Below are positions 17,795 through 26,271 of a stretch of 64,000 nucleotides of DNA, one piece after another (positions within the stretch are counted from its first letter, which is position 1; each line of letters begins with the position of its first letter). The notes beneath the pieces were generated by a model, which saw only the letters and a list, made by a program, of their open reading frames with translations, was not told the origin of the DNA and ran no database searches. The stretch spans positions 485,460 to 549,459 of the forward strand of contig CAVZRM010000001.1 in assembly GCA_963777795.1 (NCBI GenBank). The letters run 5' to 3'. A program made the position numbers and the translations under genes. The DNA comes from an uncultured Alphaproteobacteria bacterium. GTDB lineage: Bacteria > Pseudomonadota > Alphaproteobacteria > Sphingomonadales > Sphingomonadaceae.

Positions 17795-18955
17795 ATGGCA
17801 CAGCGCGCTCCCCTGATCATCGTCGGCGGCGGCCTTGCCGGCTCGCTCGCGGCGCTGCTCTTGGCCGAACGGCGGCCCGATGTGCCGGTGCTGCTGCTCG
17901 AGGCGGGCGACAACTTCGGCGGGAACCACACCTGGTCGTTCTTCGACAGCGACGTCGCCCCGGCTGCCGGCGCGCTGGTCGCGGCGCTCGGGCCGGTGCG
18001 CTGGCCGCGTCACCGGGTCCGCTTCCCCGACCGCGAGCGCGAGTTGGCCATGGCCTACAATGCCGTTTCCGCACCGGCGCTCGATGCGCTGGTGCGCCGC
18101 CGATTGCCAGCCGGGGGCTGGCGTCTGGGCACCAGGGTCGCGTCGATCGGTCCGGACAACGTAGTCCTCAACTGCGGCGAACGGATCGCGGCATGCGGGG
18201 TGATCGATGCGCGCGGGCCGGACGGGGCGATGCCGGGTCTCGAGCTTGGTTGGCAGAAATTCGTCGGAATCGAATTCGCCGCCGCCGCGCCCGAGCCGGA
18301 CTGCGCCGTGGTAATGGACGCCACGGTGCCGCAGCTTGACGGCTATCGCTTCGTCTATGTTCTGCCGCTGGCCGCCGACCGCGTGCTGGTCGAGGATACC
18401 TATTACACCGACGGGCCAGAGCTCGACCTCGCCGTGATTGCCGATCGCGTGCGCGCGCTGGCCGCCGGGCTGGGGCTGGCGGGGGCGGAACTGCGGCAGG
18501 AGGTCGGGGTGCTGCCGATTGTCATCGGCGGCGATCCCGAGCGGTTCTGGCCGGCAGACGACCCGGTCGCCCGGCTGGGGCTGCGCGGAGGGTTCTTTCA
18601 TGCCACGACGGGCTACTCGTTTTCACTCGCGCTGTGCCTTGCCGATGCGCTCGCCGATTTTGCCGGACCGTTCGACGGGGCCAGCATCGCCCGCTGGACG
18701 CGCGCGCAGTTCCTCGCGCACTGGCAGGGCAGCGGCTATTTCCGCCTGCTCAACCGGATGCTGTTCCATGCGGCCAGGCCGGACGAACGCTATCGCATCT
18801 TTGCCCATTTCTACCGGCTGCCGCCCGCACTGATCGCGCGCTTCTATGCCGGCAAGCTGACCGCGATCGACCGGCTGCGGATCCTTTCGGGCAAGCCGCC
18901 GGTGCCCCTCGGCGCGGCACTCGGCGCGCTGATCGGGCGGGGCAGGGGGGGATGA
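17795..18955 (+). CDS. crtY: Lycopene beta-cyclase
   Basis: GGGLAG, GGNHTWSF, WQKFVG, VMDATVPQLDGYRFVYVLP, EDTYY, HATTGYS. Confidence 0.95.
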   Translation: MAQRAPLIIVGGGLAGSLAALLLAERRPDVPVLLLEAGDNFGGNHTWSFFDSDVAPAAGALVAALGPVRWPRHRVRFPDRERELAMAYNAVSAPALDALVRRRLPAGGWRLGTRVASIGPDNVVLNCGERIAACGVIDARGPDGAMPGLELGWQKFVGIEFAAAAPEPDCAVVMDATVPQLDGYRFVYVLPLAADRVLVEDTYYTDGPELDLAVIADRVRALAAGLGLAGAELRQEVGVLPIVIGGDPERFWPADDPVARLGLRGGFFHATTGYSFSLALCLADALADFAGPFDGASIARWTRAQFLAHWQGSGYFRLLNRMLFHAARPDERYRIFAHFYRLPPALIARFYAGKLTAIDRLRILSGKPPVPLGAALGALIGRGRGG

Positions 18956-19926
18956 ACAGCCACCAGAGGATCGACAGGGCAGCGCTGGTCGCTGCGGCGG
19001 GCGAGACCATCGCGCGCGGATCGCAGAGCTTTGCCGCTGCCAGCCGCATCTTCGCTCCCGCAACGCGCGCACGCGCGTGGCTGCTCTATGCCTGGTGCCG
19101 CGCCGCCGACGACCTGACCGACGGGCAGGACCTGGGCCACGCCGCCGCCGACGCCGCGCCGCACGATCCCGCCGCCGCGCAGGCGCGGCTTGAGGCATTG
19201 ACGGCAGCGGCGCTCGACAGCATCGATCCGGTGCCGCTGCCCTTCGCGGCGCTGCGCGCAGTGGCGCGCGAAACCGGCATGCCGCGCGGCCTGATCGCCG
19301 ATCATCTCGCCGGCTTTGCACTCGACGCCCAGGACTGGCGGCCGCAGAGCGAGGGCGACCTCTTGCGCTACTGCTACCATGTCGCGGGCACGGTCGGCTG
19401 CATGATGGCGGTGGCGATGGGCGTCGATCCCGCCGACGAGGACACGCTCGACCGGGCTTGCGATCTCGGCCTCGCCTTCCAGCTGGCCAATATCGCGCGC
19501 GACCTGGCCCCCGATGCGGCGGTCGGGCGATGCTATGTCCCGGCAATCTGGCTGGCCGAACACGGACTGAGCGATGCAACGATGGCCAACCCGCAAAGTC
19601 GCACGGCGCTGGTGGCGATTGCCGCGCGGCTGGTTGACCTGGCCCGTCCCTATCGCGCCTCGGCGCGGGTCGGCGCGGCGCGGCTGGCACTGCGTTCGCG
19701 GCTGGCCGTGCTCGCCGCCGACGCGATCTACGGGGCGATCGGCGAAAAGGTGGTGCGGTGCGGCGAGGCCGCGCTCGATCAGCGGGTGCGCACGGGAAAG
19801 GCGGGAAAGCTCGGCCTGTTCGCCGGGGCCTTGCTGCGCGCTTCCCTGACGCCGCCAGCTGCCCCGCGCACCGGGCTGTGGACGCGTCCGAGTCAGTCCG
19901 CGAGCAGTGCCGGCTCGCGCAGCTGA
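18952..19926 (+). CDS. crtB: Phytoene synthase
   Basis: GSQSFAAAS, LYAWCRAADD, YCYHVAGTVG, LGLAFQLANIARD; ATGA overlap with crtY. Confidence 0.95.
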   Translation: MNSHQRIDRAALVAAAGETIARGSQSFAAASRIFAPATRARAWLLYAWCRAADDLTDGQDLGHAAADAAPHDPAAAQARLEALTAAALDSIDPVPLPFAALRAVARETGMPRGLIADHLAGFALDAQDWRPQSEGDLLRYCYHVAGTVGCMMAVAMGVDPADEDTLDRACDLGLAFQLANIARDLAPDAAVGRCYVPAIWLAEHGLSDATMANPQSRTALVAIAARLVDLARPYRASARVGAARLALRSRLAVLAADAIYGAIGEKVVRCGEAALDQRVRTGKAGKLGLFAGALLRASLTPPAAPRTGLWTRPSQSASSAGSRS

Positions 19927-20393
19927 GCCTGGCCCGACGCCTTTAACGCGGCCTTGAGCTGGTCGATCGGCGGGGCATAGAGGAAGCCGAAGCTCACCGT
20001 CCCGTGCTTGCTCTCGACCACATGGTGGATGCGGTGCGCCTGGACGATGCGCTTGAAATAGGCCGAACGCGGCACGATCCGGTGCGGCAGGCGGCGGTGG
20101 ACGATCCAGTCGTGAAAGCCGAAGTAGATCGCGCCATAGGCGGCTATCCCGGCACCCAGCGCGGTCGCCGAGCCGCCCCAGCCGCCTTGCACGCCGAGGT
20201 AGATCAGCACGATCGAGGGCAGTGCAAAAATCGCGGCATAAAGGTCGTTCCATTCGAACGGCCCGCTTCGCGCGCGATGGTGGCTGGCATGCAGGAACCA
20301 GCCAGGCCCGTGCATCACCCAGCGGTGCATGCCATAGGCGAACAGTTCCATCGCCAGCACGGTCAGCAGGAAGATTGCAGTCAGCTCAAGCAT
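19893..20393 (-). CDS. crtZ: Beta-carotene hydroxylase
   Basis: HRWVMHG, HASHH, EWND, HDWIVHRR, HRIHH, SFGFL. Confidence 0.95.
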   Translation of the reverse strand: MLELTAIFLLTVLAMELFAYGMHRWVMHGPGWFLHASHHRARSGPFEWNDLYAAIFALPSIVLIYLGVQGGWGGSATALGAGIAAYGAIYFGFHDWIVHRRLPHRIVPRSAYFKRIVQAHRIHHVVESKHGTVSFGFLYAPPIDQLKAALKASGQAQLREPALLAD

Positions 20394-20445
20394 AGGGCCA
20401 TTCTAGCGCGCCTGCGGTGTCTGCCGCAATCGTCTTGCCAGCCGC

Positions 20446-21918
20446 TTACACCATCAGGCTCGCGGTTGCCTTGGCGCTGCCGACCACGCCGGGGATGCCG
20501 GCCCCCGGATGCGTTCCCGCGCCGACGAAATAGAGGTTGGCGAAGTGGTCGTCGCGGTTGTGGGCGCGGAACCAGGCGCTCTGGGTGAGCAGCGGCTCGA
20601 GGCTGAACGCGCTGCCCAGATGCGCGCCGAGGTCGCTGGCAAAGTCCTGCGGGGTATAGAAAAAGCTGGTGTCGAGCCGTTCGAACAGGTCGGGGATCAG
20701 CATCGCGCGGACCCGATCAAGCACCAGATCGCGGTAGCGCGGTCCTTCGACCGACCAGTCCACCGGGGCCTTGCCGAGGTGGGGGACCGGGGCGAGCGCA
20801 TAGAATGCCGCCTTGCCCGGCGGGGCCATGTCGGGATCGGTCGCGCTGGGGTGATGCAGATAGAGCGAGGGATCCTGGGCGAGGCGGCCATGCCGGTAAA
20901 TGTCCTTGAGCAGCGGACCGTAACGATCGGAAAACAGGATCGAATGGTGCGCCACCTCGGGGAACGCACCCTTGAGCCCGAAATGGACGACGAACAGGCT
21001 GGGCGAAAAGCGCTTGCGCCGGAGCGCGCGGACGGCGCGGGCAGCATGATCCGAGCCTTCGATCAGGCCGTAGCTGTGCACCAGATCGCCGTTGCTGGCG
21101 ACCATGCCGGCGGCAAGCGTCCGGCCCGACGCGGTGACCACGCCCGTCACGCGGTTGCCCGCATGGGTGATCCGGCGCACCGCGTCGTCGAGCAGCAAGA
21201 CCCCGCCGAGCCGCTCGAACAGGGCGACCATGCCCGCCACCAGCGCGCCGGTCCCGCCTTTGGCGAACCACACCCCGCCGCTTTTCTCGAGGTGGTGGAT
21301 CAGCGCATAGATGCTGCTGGTGTTCATCGGGTTGCCGCCGACCAGCAGGGTGTGAAACGACAGGGCCTGGCGCAACTTGTCGCTTTGCACGTAGCTCGAC
21401 ACGAGATCGTAGACCGAGCGCCATGCCCGGTGCCTGATCAGCGCCGGCGCGGCCTTGATCATGCTGGAAAAGTGCAGGAACGGCACCGCGCCAAGCTTGA
21501 CGTAGCCTTCCTCGTAGACGCTGCGCGAGTATTCGAGGAACCGGGCATAGCCCGCGACATCAGCGGGATCGAGTTTGGCAATCTCGGCATCGAGACTGGC
21601 TCCGTCGTTCGAATAGTCGAACCGCGTGCCATCGCTCCACAGCAGGCGATAGAATGGCTGCACCGGCAGCAGGGTGACATCGTCGGCAAGCTTGCTGCCC
21701 GACAGCGTCCAGAGTTCTTCCAGACAGGCCGGATCGGTGATTACCGTCGGCCCGGCATCGAAGGTATAGCCGCCACGCTGCCACACATAGGCCCGGCCGC
21801 CAGGGCGGTCGCGGGCCTCGACAACGGTGGTGGCGATGCCCGCGCTTTGCAGGCGGATGGCCAGTGCGAGGCCGCCAAATCCCGATCCAATGACAATTGC
21901 GCTGCTTCTGGTGGACAT
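20446..21918 (-). CDS. crtI: Phytoene desaturase
   Basis: GSGFGG, FDAGPTVITDP, NLYFVGAGTHPGAGIPGVVGSAKATA. Confidence 0.95.
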   Translation of the reverse strand: MSTRSSAIVIGSGFGGLALAIRLQSAGIATTVVEARDRPGGRAYVWQRGGYTFDAGPTVITDPACLEELWTLSGSKLADDVTLLPVQPFYRLLWSDGTRFDYSNDGASLDAEIAKLDPADVAGYARFLEYSRSVYEEGYVKLGAVPFLHFSSMIKAAPALIRHRAWRSVYDLVSSYVQSDKLRQALSFHTLLVGGNPMNTSSIYALIHHLEKSGGVWFAKGGTGALVAGMVALFERLGGVLLLDDAVRRITHAGNRVTGVVTASGRTLAAGMVASNGDLVHSYGLIEGSDHAARAVRALRRKRFSPSLFVVHFGLKGAFPEVAHHSILFSDRYGPLLKDIYRHGRLAQDPSLYLHHPSATDPDMAPPGKAAFYALAPVPHLGKAPVDWSVEGPRYRDLVLDRVRAMLIPDLFERLDTSFFYTPQDFASDLGAHLGSAFSLEPLLTQSAWFRAHNRDDHFANLYFVGAGTHPGAGIPGVVGSAKATASLMV

Positions 21919-22044
21919 CGTTTTCGGCCTTCGGACGGGTCAGGACGATACCCCAGCGCCGATTTCGTGCATCCGGGCGTGCAACCACATTCACGGTGCG
22001 CACGTTCTGCTGGAAAAGCAATCGCCTGTGTGAGAGGCTGCCAC

Positions 22045-23025
22045 ATGTCTATCGATCCTCTGTTCTTCACAACGAACGGGAACGCGAGTCTCTCGCTCGA
22101 CCCGCTCGACCCGCTCGACCCGCTCGCGCTGTCTGGCGGGGCTGTCACGCTGGAGCATCGGCTGGCGCGGCTGCGCAGCGATATCGACGGCGTGCTCGAT
22201 GCCGCGATCGGCGGCGGCAGGGACCGCGACCGCCGCCTTGGCGAGGCAATGCGCTATGCTGCAATCGGAGCGGGCAAACGCTTTCGCGCCGGGCTTGTCG
22301 CGGCCGTGGCGGAACTGGTCGGCGGGTCCTATGCCCAGGCGCTGCGGGTCGGAGCCGCGATCGAATGCGTCCATGCCCAGTCATTGGTCCATGACGATCT
22401 CCCCTGCATGGACGACGACGACCTGCGCCGCGGTCGCCCGAGCTTGCATCGCACCTTCGACGAGGCGACGGCGGTGCTCGCGGGCGATGCCCTGCTGGCG
22501 CTGGCATTCGAGCTGCTGGCCGACGAGGCGACGCATCCCGATGGCAGTGTCCGCGCCAGGCAGGTGCTCGCGCTCGCCCGGGCGATTGGCCAGGATGGCC
22601 TCGCCGGCGGGCAGATGATGGACCTCTATCCGCCGGCCCGGCCGACCAGAGCCGATCTACGCGCCTGCCAGCACCGCAAGACCGGTTCGCTGATTCGCTT
22701 CGCGGTGGAGAGTGGTGCCATGCTTGGCCAATGCAGCCCGGGCGAGCTCGACCGGCTCCTGTTCTTTGCCGAGCGGCTGGGCCTGGTTTTCCAGATTCGC
22801 GACGACATGCTCGATGCCATCGGCGATGCCGAGGTGGTGGGCAAGGCGCTCGACAAGGACGCTGCAGCCGGCCGGGCCAGCTCGACTGTCCTGTTCGGGG
22901 TCGGCGGTGCCGCTCGCCAGGCGCGAAAGCTCGAAAGCGCCTGTCACGAGGCATTGAAAGAGTTCGGCCCGCGCGCCAAGCCGCTGCGCGATCTCGCCCG
23001 GTTTGCCGTCAGCCGGATGCACTGA
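22045..23025 (+). CDS. crtE: Geranylgeranyl diphosphate synthase
   Basis: GKRFR, HDDLPCMDDDDLRRG, GGQMMD, FQIRDD; located in the crt cluster. Confidence 0.85.
   Translation: MSIDPLFFTTNGNASLSLDPLDPLDPLALSGGAVTLEHRLARLRSDIDGVLDAAIGGGRDRDRRLGEAMRYAAIGAGKRFRAGLVAAVAELVGGSYAQALRVGAAIECVHAQSLVHDDLPCMDDDDLRRGRPSLHRTFDEATAVLAGDALLALAFELLADEATHPDGSVRARQVLALARAIGQDGLAGGQMMDLYPPARPTRADLRACQHRKTGSLIRFAVESGAMLGQCSPGELDRLLFFAERLGLVFQIRDDMLDAIGDAEVVGKALDKDAAAGRASSTVLFGVGGAARQARKLESACHEALKEFGPRAKPLRDLARFAVSRMH
22094..22126 (+). repeat. In-frame 9-bp tandem repeat (cgctcgacc x3.7) in the crtE 5' end
   Basis: Encodes LDPLDPLDPL. Confidence 0.8.
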
Positions 23026-23287
23026 ACGGCGCTTGGCGCAGCGATGCGCCCGCTCCCATGTCAAGAGCGGTTGCAGCGCATAGCCCTGGCCCTGCGATCC
23101 TCGCCCGCCGCTGCCGGCAAAACCGGCGGCAGAGAATAGCGATGGATCTGCAAATGACGAGGCACCGCGCGCTGGTGGCCGACAGCGGCGGGCGTGGCTG
23201 CCCACGCTGTTCTCGGCGTGGTGCGGCCAAAGGGTCTGGTGCGGCGCTGAAGGGTCCGGGGCCGCCGCTCGCTTTCGCAGCAGAACC

Positions 23288-24856
23288 ATGATAAGTGCCC
23301 GCCAGCCAAGGCGAGGAAGAAGCGTTATCGCAAACTGGTCGAAAGCGATGAAGGCGTACCGCGTTCAGCAGCCAACCGCATGGAAGCGCCATGTCCTGGT
23401 TGCCTCCGTGGTAGCGACTGGCGTGAGCGCCTTCCTGCCCTGGGGGACGATCCGGACGGGTCAGGTGAAAGACGTCGATCGCCGCAAGTCCGCTGCCCAA
23501 CCCGCCGCACCGCCGCTGGATCTAGCGTCACTGGATCCCGGGCTGGCGGCAGCCGGGGATCGCCTTCCGACGGTTGCGATTGCAGCACCGGGCGGTGCTC
23601 TGGCAACACTCGACACCAGCCCGCACGAAGCCGGGCTGCCGCGGGAGCGACTGGCAGCGATGGGGCCAAGCCAGCATTGGCTGGCACCGCCTCCCCCGGA
23701 GCGCAAGCAACCGGCAAGGCCGTCTCCGCGCGCTGCCGCGAGTTCGTTCGTTGAGCTTGCCGACGGTGTGTTCCAGGTCGGCGGCACGCCGGCTGGCGCA
23801 GACGTAACGACCGGCGGCGAGACGGTGGCAATCAAATCGGCAGCGCAGGACGAAGTTCAAGCCCTCACTATGGCGTCGGTCGCGGATGGTTTCCCACCCG
23901 AACCGCAGCGCGATAGTGCCAATCCGGGCCAAGGCTCGGCCTTCGATGCGGCGAATATGGGAAGCGACGGCAATATCGGCGCACCAGGCGCATTTACTCC
24001 ATCGCCAGACGACTTCGCTCTCATGTCCGCGCCGGATGGCACCCCTGTCGAGGTTCCGCGCGATAAGCCGGATTCGGCGGCAGGTTCGGACATCGCCCGG
24101 ATGGTATGGAGCGAGCAGCACTTGCGCGGTGCAGCGGCTGCAACGATTCCGTCGCCGGAAGCCTCGGCTGCGGCGACCGCAGCGGATGGAGCTTCCGGCG
24201 AAGGTCCGCGCGAACGATCCGATCCAGCCGCAGGTTCGGCTGGCGAACCGGTTGATTCAGCCAGCGGTGTCTGGACTGCGCCTGATACCGCCACGCCTCG
24301 ATCAGAAGGTCCCGCCGTGGCGTCCGCTTCGGGCGGTGTCCCGCCTGAAGCGCTGGACGGTATTTCGGGTGCACCCACGCCGCCGGCTATCGATCCGGTG
24401 GAGTGGAGCGTCGAAGACCGCAGCGGTGCATCCGTTGCGCTGGCACCCGTGCCTGACACTGCCGCCTTGCGCGCGGAAACGGACTCGCCCGCAAACGCGC
24501 GGTCCGATCTGGCATGGACCGGCGGTTTCGCAGGGGGGGCCGCGCCCGATGCCGGACCGGGCGGCGTGCAATCGAAGTCATCCTCGCTCCCCGTGCGAAT
24601 CAACGATGTCTGGGTTGGCAATGTGCCGTTCGTGATCGATTCGCGCGATCAACTCTCGGTCAGCGTGGCCGGCTTGCTCGATCTGGTGCGGCCAAGCATG
24701 CCGCTCGACAGGTTCCGGCACCTGCGATCGTCGCGCGCGGCTTCGGGCTATGCCAGTTTCGAAGCGCTCAAAAAGGCAGGGTTTACAGTCAGGTTCGATA
24801 GCGCCACCGACAGCCTGACGCTCTCGGCGCAGACCGGCGGCACCGGACGAGACTGA
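23288..24856 (+). CDS. Hypothetical membrane-anchored Pro/Ala-rich protein with a small folded C-terminal domain
   Basis: 522-aa ORF (alternative start 23349), N-terminal hydrophobic segment, low-complexity middle, C-terminal LPVRINDVWVGNVP...FDSATDSLTL. Confidence 0.55.
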   Translation: MISARQPRRGRSVIANWSKAMKAYRVQQPTAWKRHVLVASVVATGVSAFLPWGTIRTGQVKDVDRRKSAAQPAAPPLDLASLDPGLAAAGDRLPTVAIAAPGGALATLDTSPHEAGLPRERLAAMGPSQHWLAPPPPERKQPARPSPRAAASSFVELADGVFQVGGTPAGADVTTGGETVAIKSAAQDEVQALTMASVADGFPPEPQRDSANPGQGSAFDAANMGSDGNIGAPGAFTPSPDDFALMSAPDGTPVEVPRDKPDSAAGSDIARMVWSEQHLRGAAAATIPSPEASAAATAADGASGEGPRERSDPAAGSAGEPVDSASGVWTAPDTATPRSEGPAVASASGGVPPEALDGISGAPTPPAIDPVEWSVEDRSGASVALAPVPDTAALRAETDSPANARSDLAWTGGFAGGAAPDAGPGGVQSKSSSLPVRINDVWVGNVPFVIDSRDQLSVSVAGLLDLVRPSMPLDRFRHLRSSRAASGYASFEALKKAGFTVRFDSATDSLTLSAQTGGTGRD

Positions 24857-25004
24857 CCCCTCAGGCGGCCAAAGCGCGCGGATTTCGGTCACACCAGCGG
24901 TCTGCGGCGGGTTCCGCCATTCACGGCTATCCGACTCGAAAAATGCACCTCGCGTCGCAAGGTGGTTTATCGCCGCGCTCACAGCCCGGATGCGCCTCTG
25001 GACA

Positions 25005-25020
25005 ATAAGACAAAATTAAC
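25005..25020. promoter_or_regulatory. CtrA-like box ATAA-N7-TTAAC(CAT) upstream of virB1
   Basis: One mismatch to consensus, ~50 bp before the virB1 ATG. Confidence 0.5.
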
Positions 25021-25068
25021 CATGCGCTCGCTACAACTCGGTTGTTCACTTTTTCCCTCGGGGTTTCG

Positions 25069-25671
25069 ATGGTTCGTGCTTGGAAAGTTGCGTGGCTGAT
25101 GGCCGGTCTGGTCCTGTCCACGCCGGCCCACGCCGATGTGATGGAGATCGGGCGGTCGGGCGCGAGCTGGATTGTCGGCGGGCCCGTGGTCTCGGCCACG
25201 AATCCCGCCGCTGCTCCGCTTTCCCCCGCCCAGCTTGCCGACTCCCGGATACAGACCTTCGCGCTGACGGCGACCGCCGGCGTGCCGCCCGAATGGCGCG
25301 CGCGGGTCGCCGAACTTGCGCAGAAATACGATCTCAGTCCGCGGCTTATCGAGGCGCTGGTCTGGCAGGAAAGCCGCTGGAACAAGCTGGCGAGGTCTCC
25401 GGTCGGTGCCCGCGGCCTCACCCAGCTGATGCCCGGCACGGCGCGCATGCTCGGCGTCAATCCCGATGATCCGCATGCCAATCTCGAAGGCGGCGCGCGC
25501 TATCTGCGCATGCAGCTCGATGCCTTCGACGGCGACGTGCTGCTGGCGCTGGCCGCGTACAACGCGGGCCCCAATCGAGTCGTTCGCGCTGGCGGCATTC
25601 CCGCCATTCGCGAGACCAGAAACTACGTCGCGACGATCCTGTCGCGGCTTTCGCAATCGGTGCATCCATGA
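25069..25671 (+). CDS. virB1: Lytic transglycosylase VirB1
   Basis: LVWQESRW, GARGLTQLMPGTA, ALAAYNAGP, ETRNYV; first gene of the virB operon. Confidence 0.85.
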   Translation: MVRAWKVAWLMAGLVLSTPAHADVMEIGRSGASWIVGGPVVSATNPAAAPLSPAQLADSRIQTFALTATAGVPPEWRARVAELAQKYDLSPRLIEALVWQESRWNKLARSPVGARGLTQLMPGTARMLGVNPDDPHANLEGGARYLRMQLDAFDGDVLLALAAYNAGPNRVVRAGGIPAIRETRNYVATILSRLSQSVHP

Positions 25672-25982
25672 AAAACCTGTCCAAGCCTGTTTCCATTCTG
25701 GCCGGAGCCGGATCGCTCATCCTCCCGACGACCGCGAGCGCACAGGCGCTCGATCCTGCCGGCAGCGGACCGATCGTGGCCGCATTGGGCTGGCTCCAGG
25801 GCACGCTGCTCGGCAATGTGGCGACCGCCGTGGCGGTCATGGCGGTGGCGGCGGTGGGCTTCATGATGCTGACCGGACGGCTGAACTGGCGCTTCGGGGC
25901 GACGGTGATCATGGGCTGCTTCATCCTGTTCGGGGCGAGCGCCATCGTCGCGGGCATCCAGCAGGCGGCGGGTGCGGGCTGA
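25668..25982 (+). CDS. virB2: TrbC/VirB2 pilin
   Basis: Signal peptide, two hydrophobic helices, GCFILFGASAIV. Confidence 0.9.
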   Translation: MKNLSKPVSILAGAGSLILPTTASAQALDPAGSGPIVAALGWLQGTLLGNVATAVAVMAVAAVGFMMLTGRLNWRFGATVIMGCFILFGASAIVAGIQQAAGAG

Positions 25983-25995
25983 TCCGGTGGTCGAC

Positions 25996-26271
25996 ATGGT
26001 CCGCTATCCGCTGCACCGGGCGCTGACGCGGCCGCAGATGTTCGCCGGCGTCACCTACAACTTTTTCGTGATCAACGCGGCAGTCACAACCGAGCTGTTC
26101 CTGATCACCAAGAGCTTCTGGGCGCTGCCCGCAGCGCTCGTGATCCATGGTGCAGGCTATCTCGCCTGCCTGCGCGAGCCGCGTGTGTTCGACTTGTGGC
26201 TGACCAAGGTGAGCCGCTGTCCGCGGGTGAAAAACTGGCAGCGCTGGGGGTGCAACAGCTATGCGCCGTGA
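25996..26271 (+). CDS. virB3: VirB3
   Basis: PLHRALTRPQMFAGV, REPRVFDLWL, GCNSYAP. Confidence 0.9.
   Translation: MVRYPLHRALTRPQMFAGVTYNFFVINAAVTTELFLITKSFWALPAALVIHGAGYLACLREPRVFDLWLTKVSRCPRVKNWQRWGCNSYAP

Noticed and set aside
20509-22044. N-terminal extension of the 838-aa plus ORF ending in crtE
   Set aside because: Antisense shadow of crtI; crtE starts near 22045
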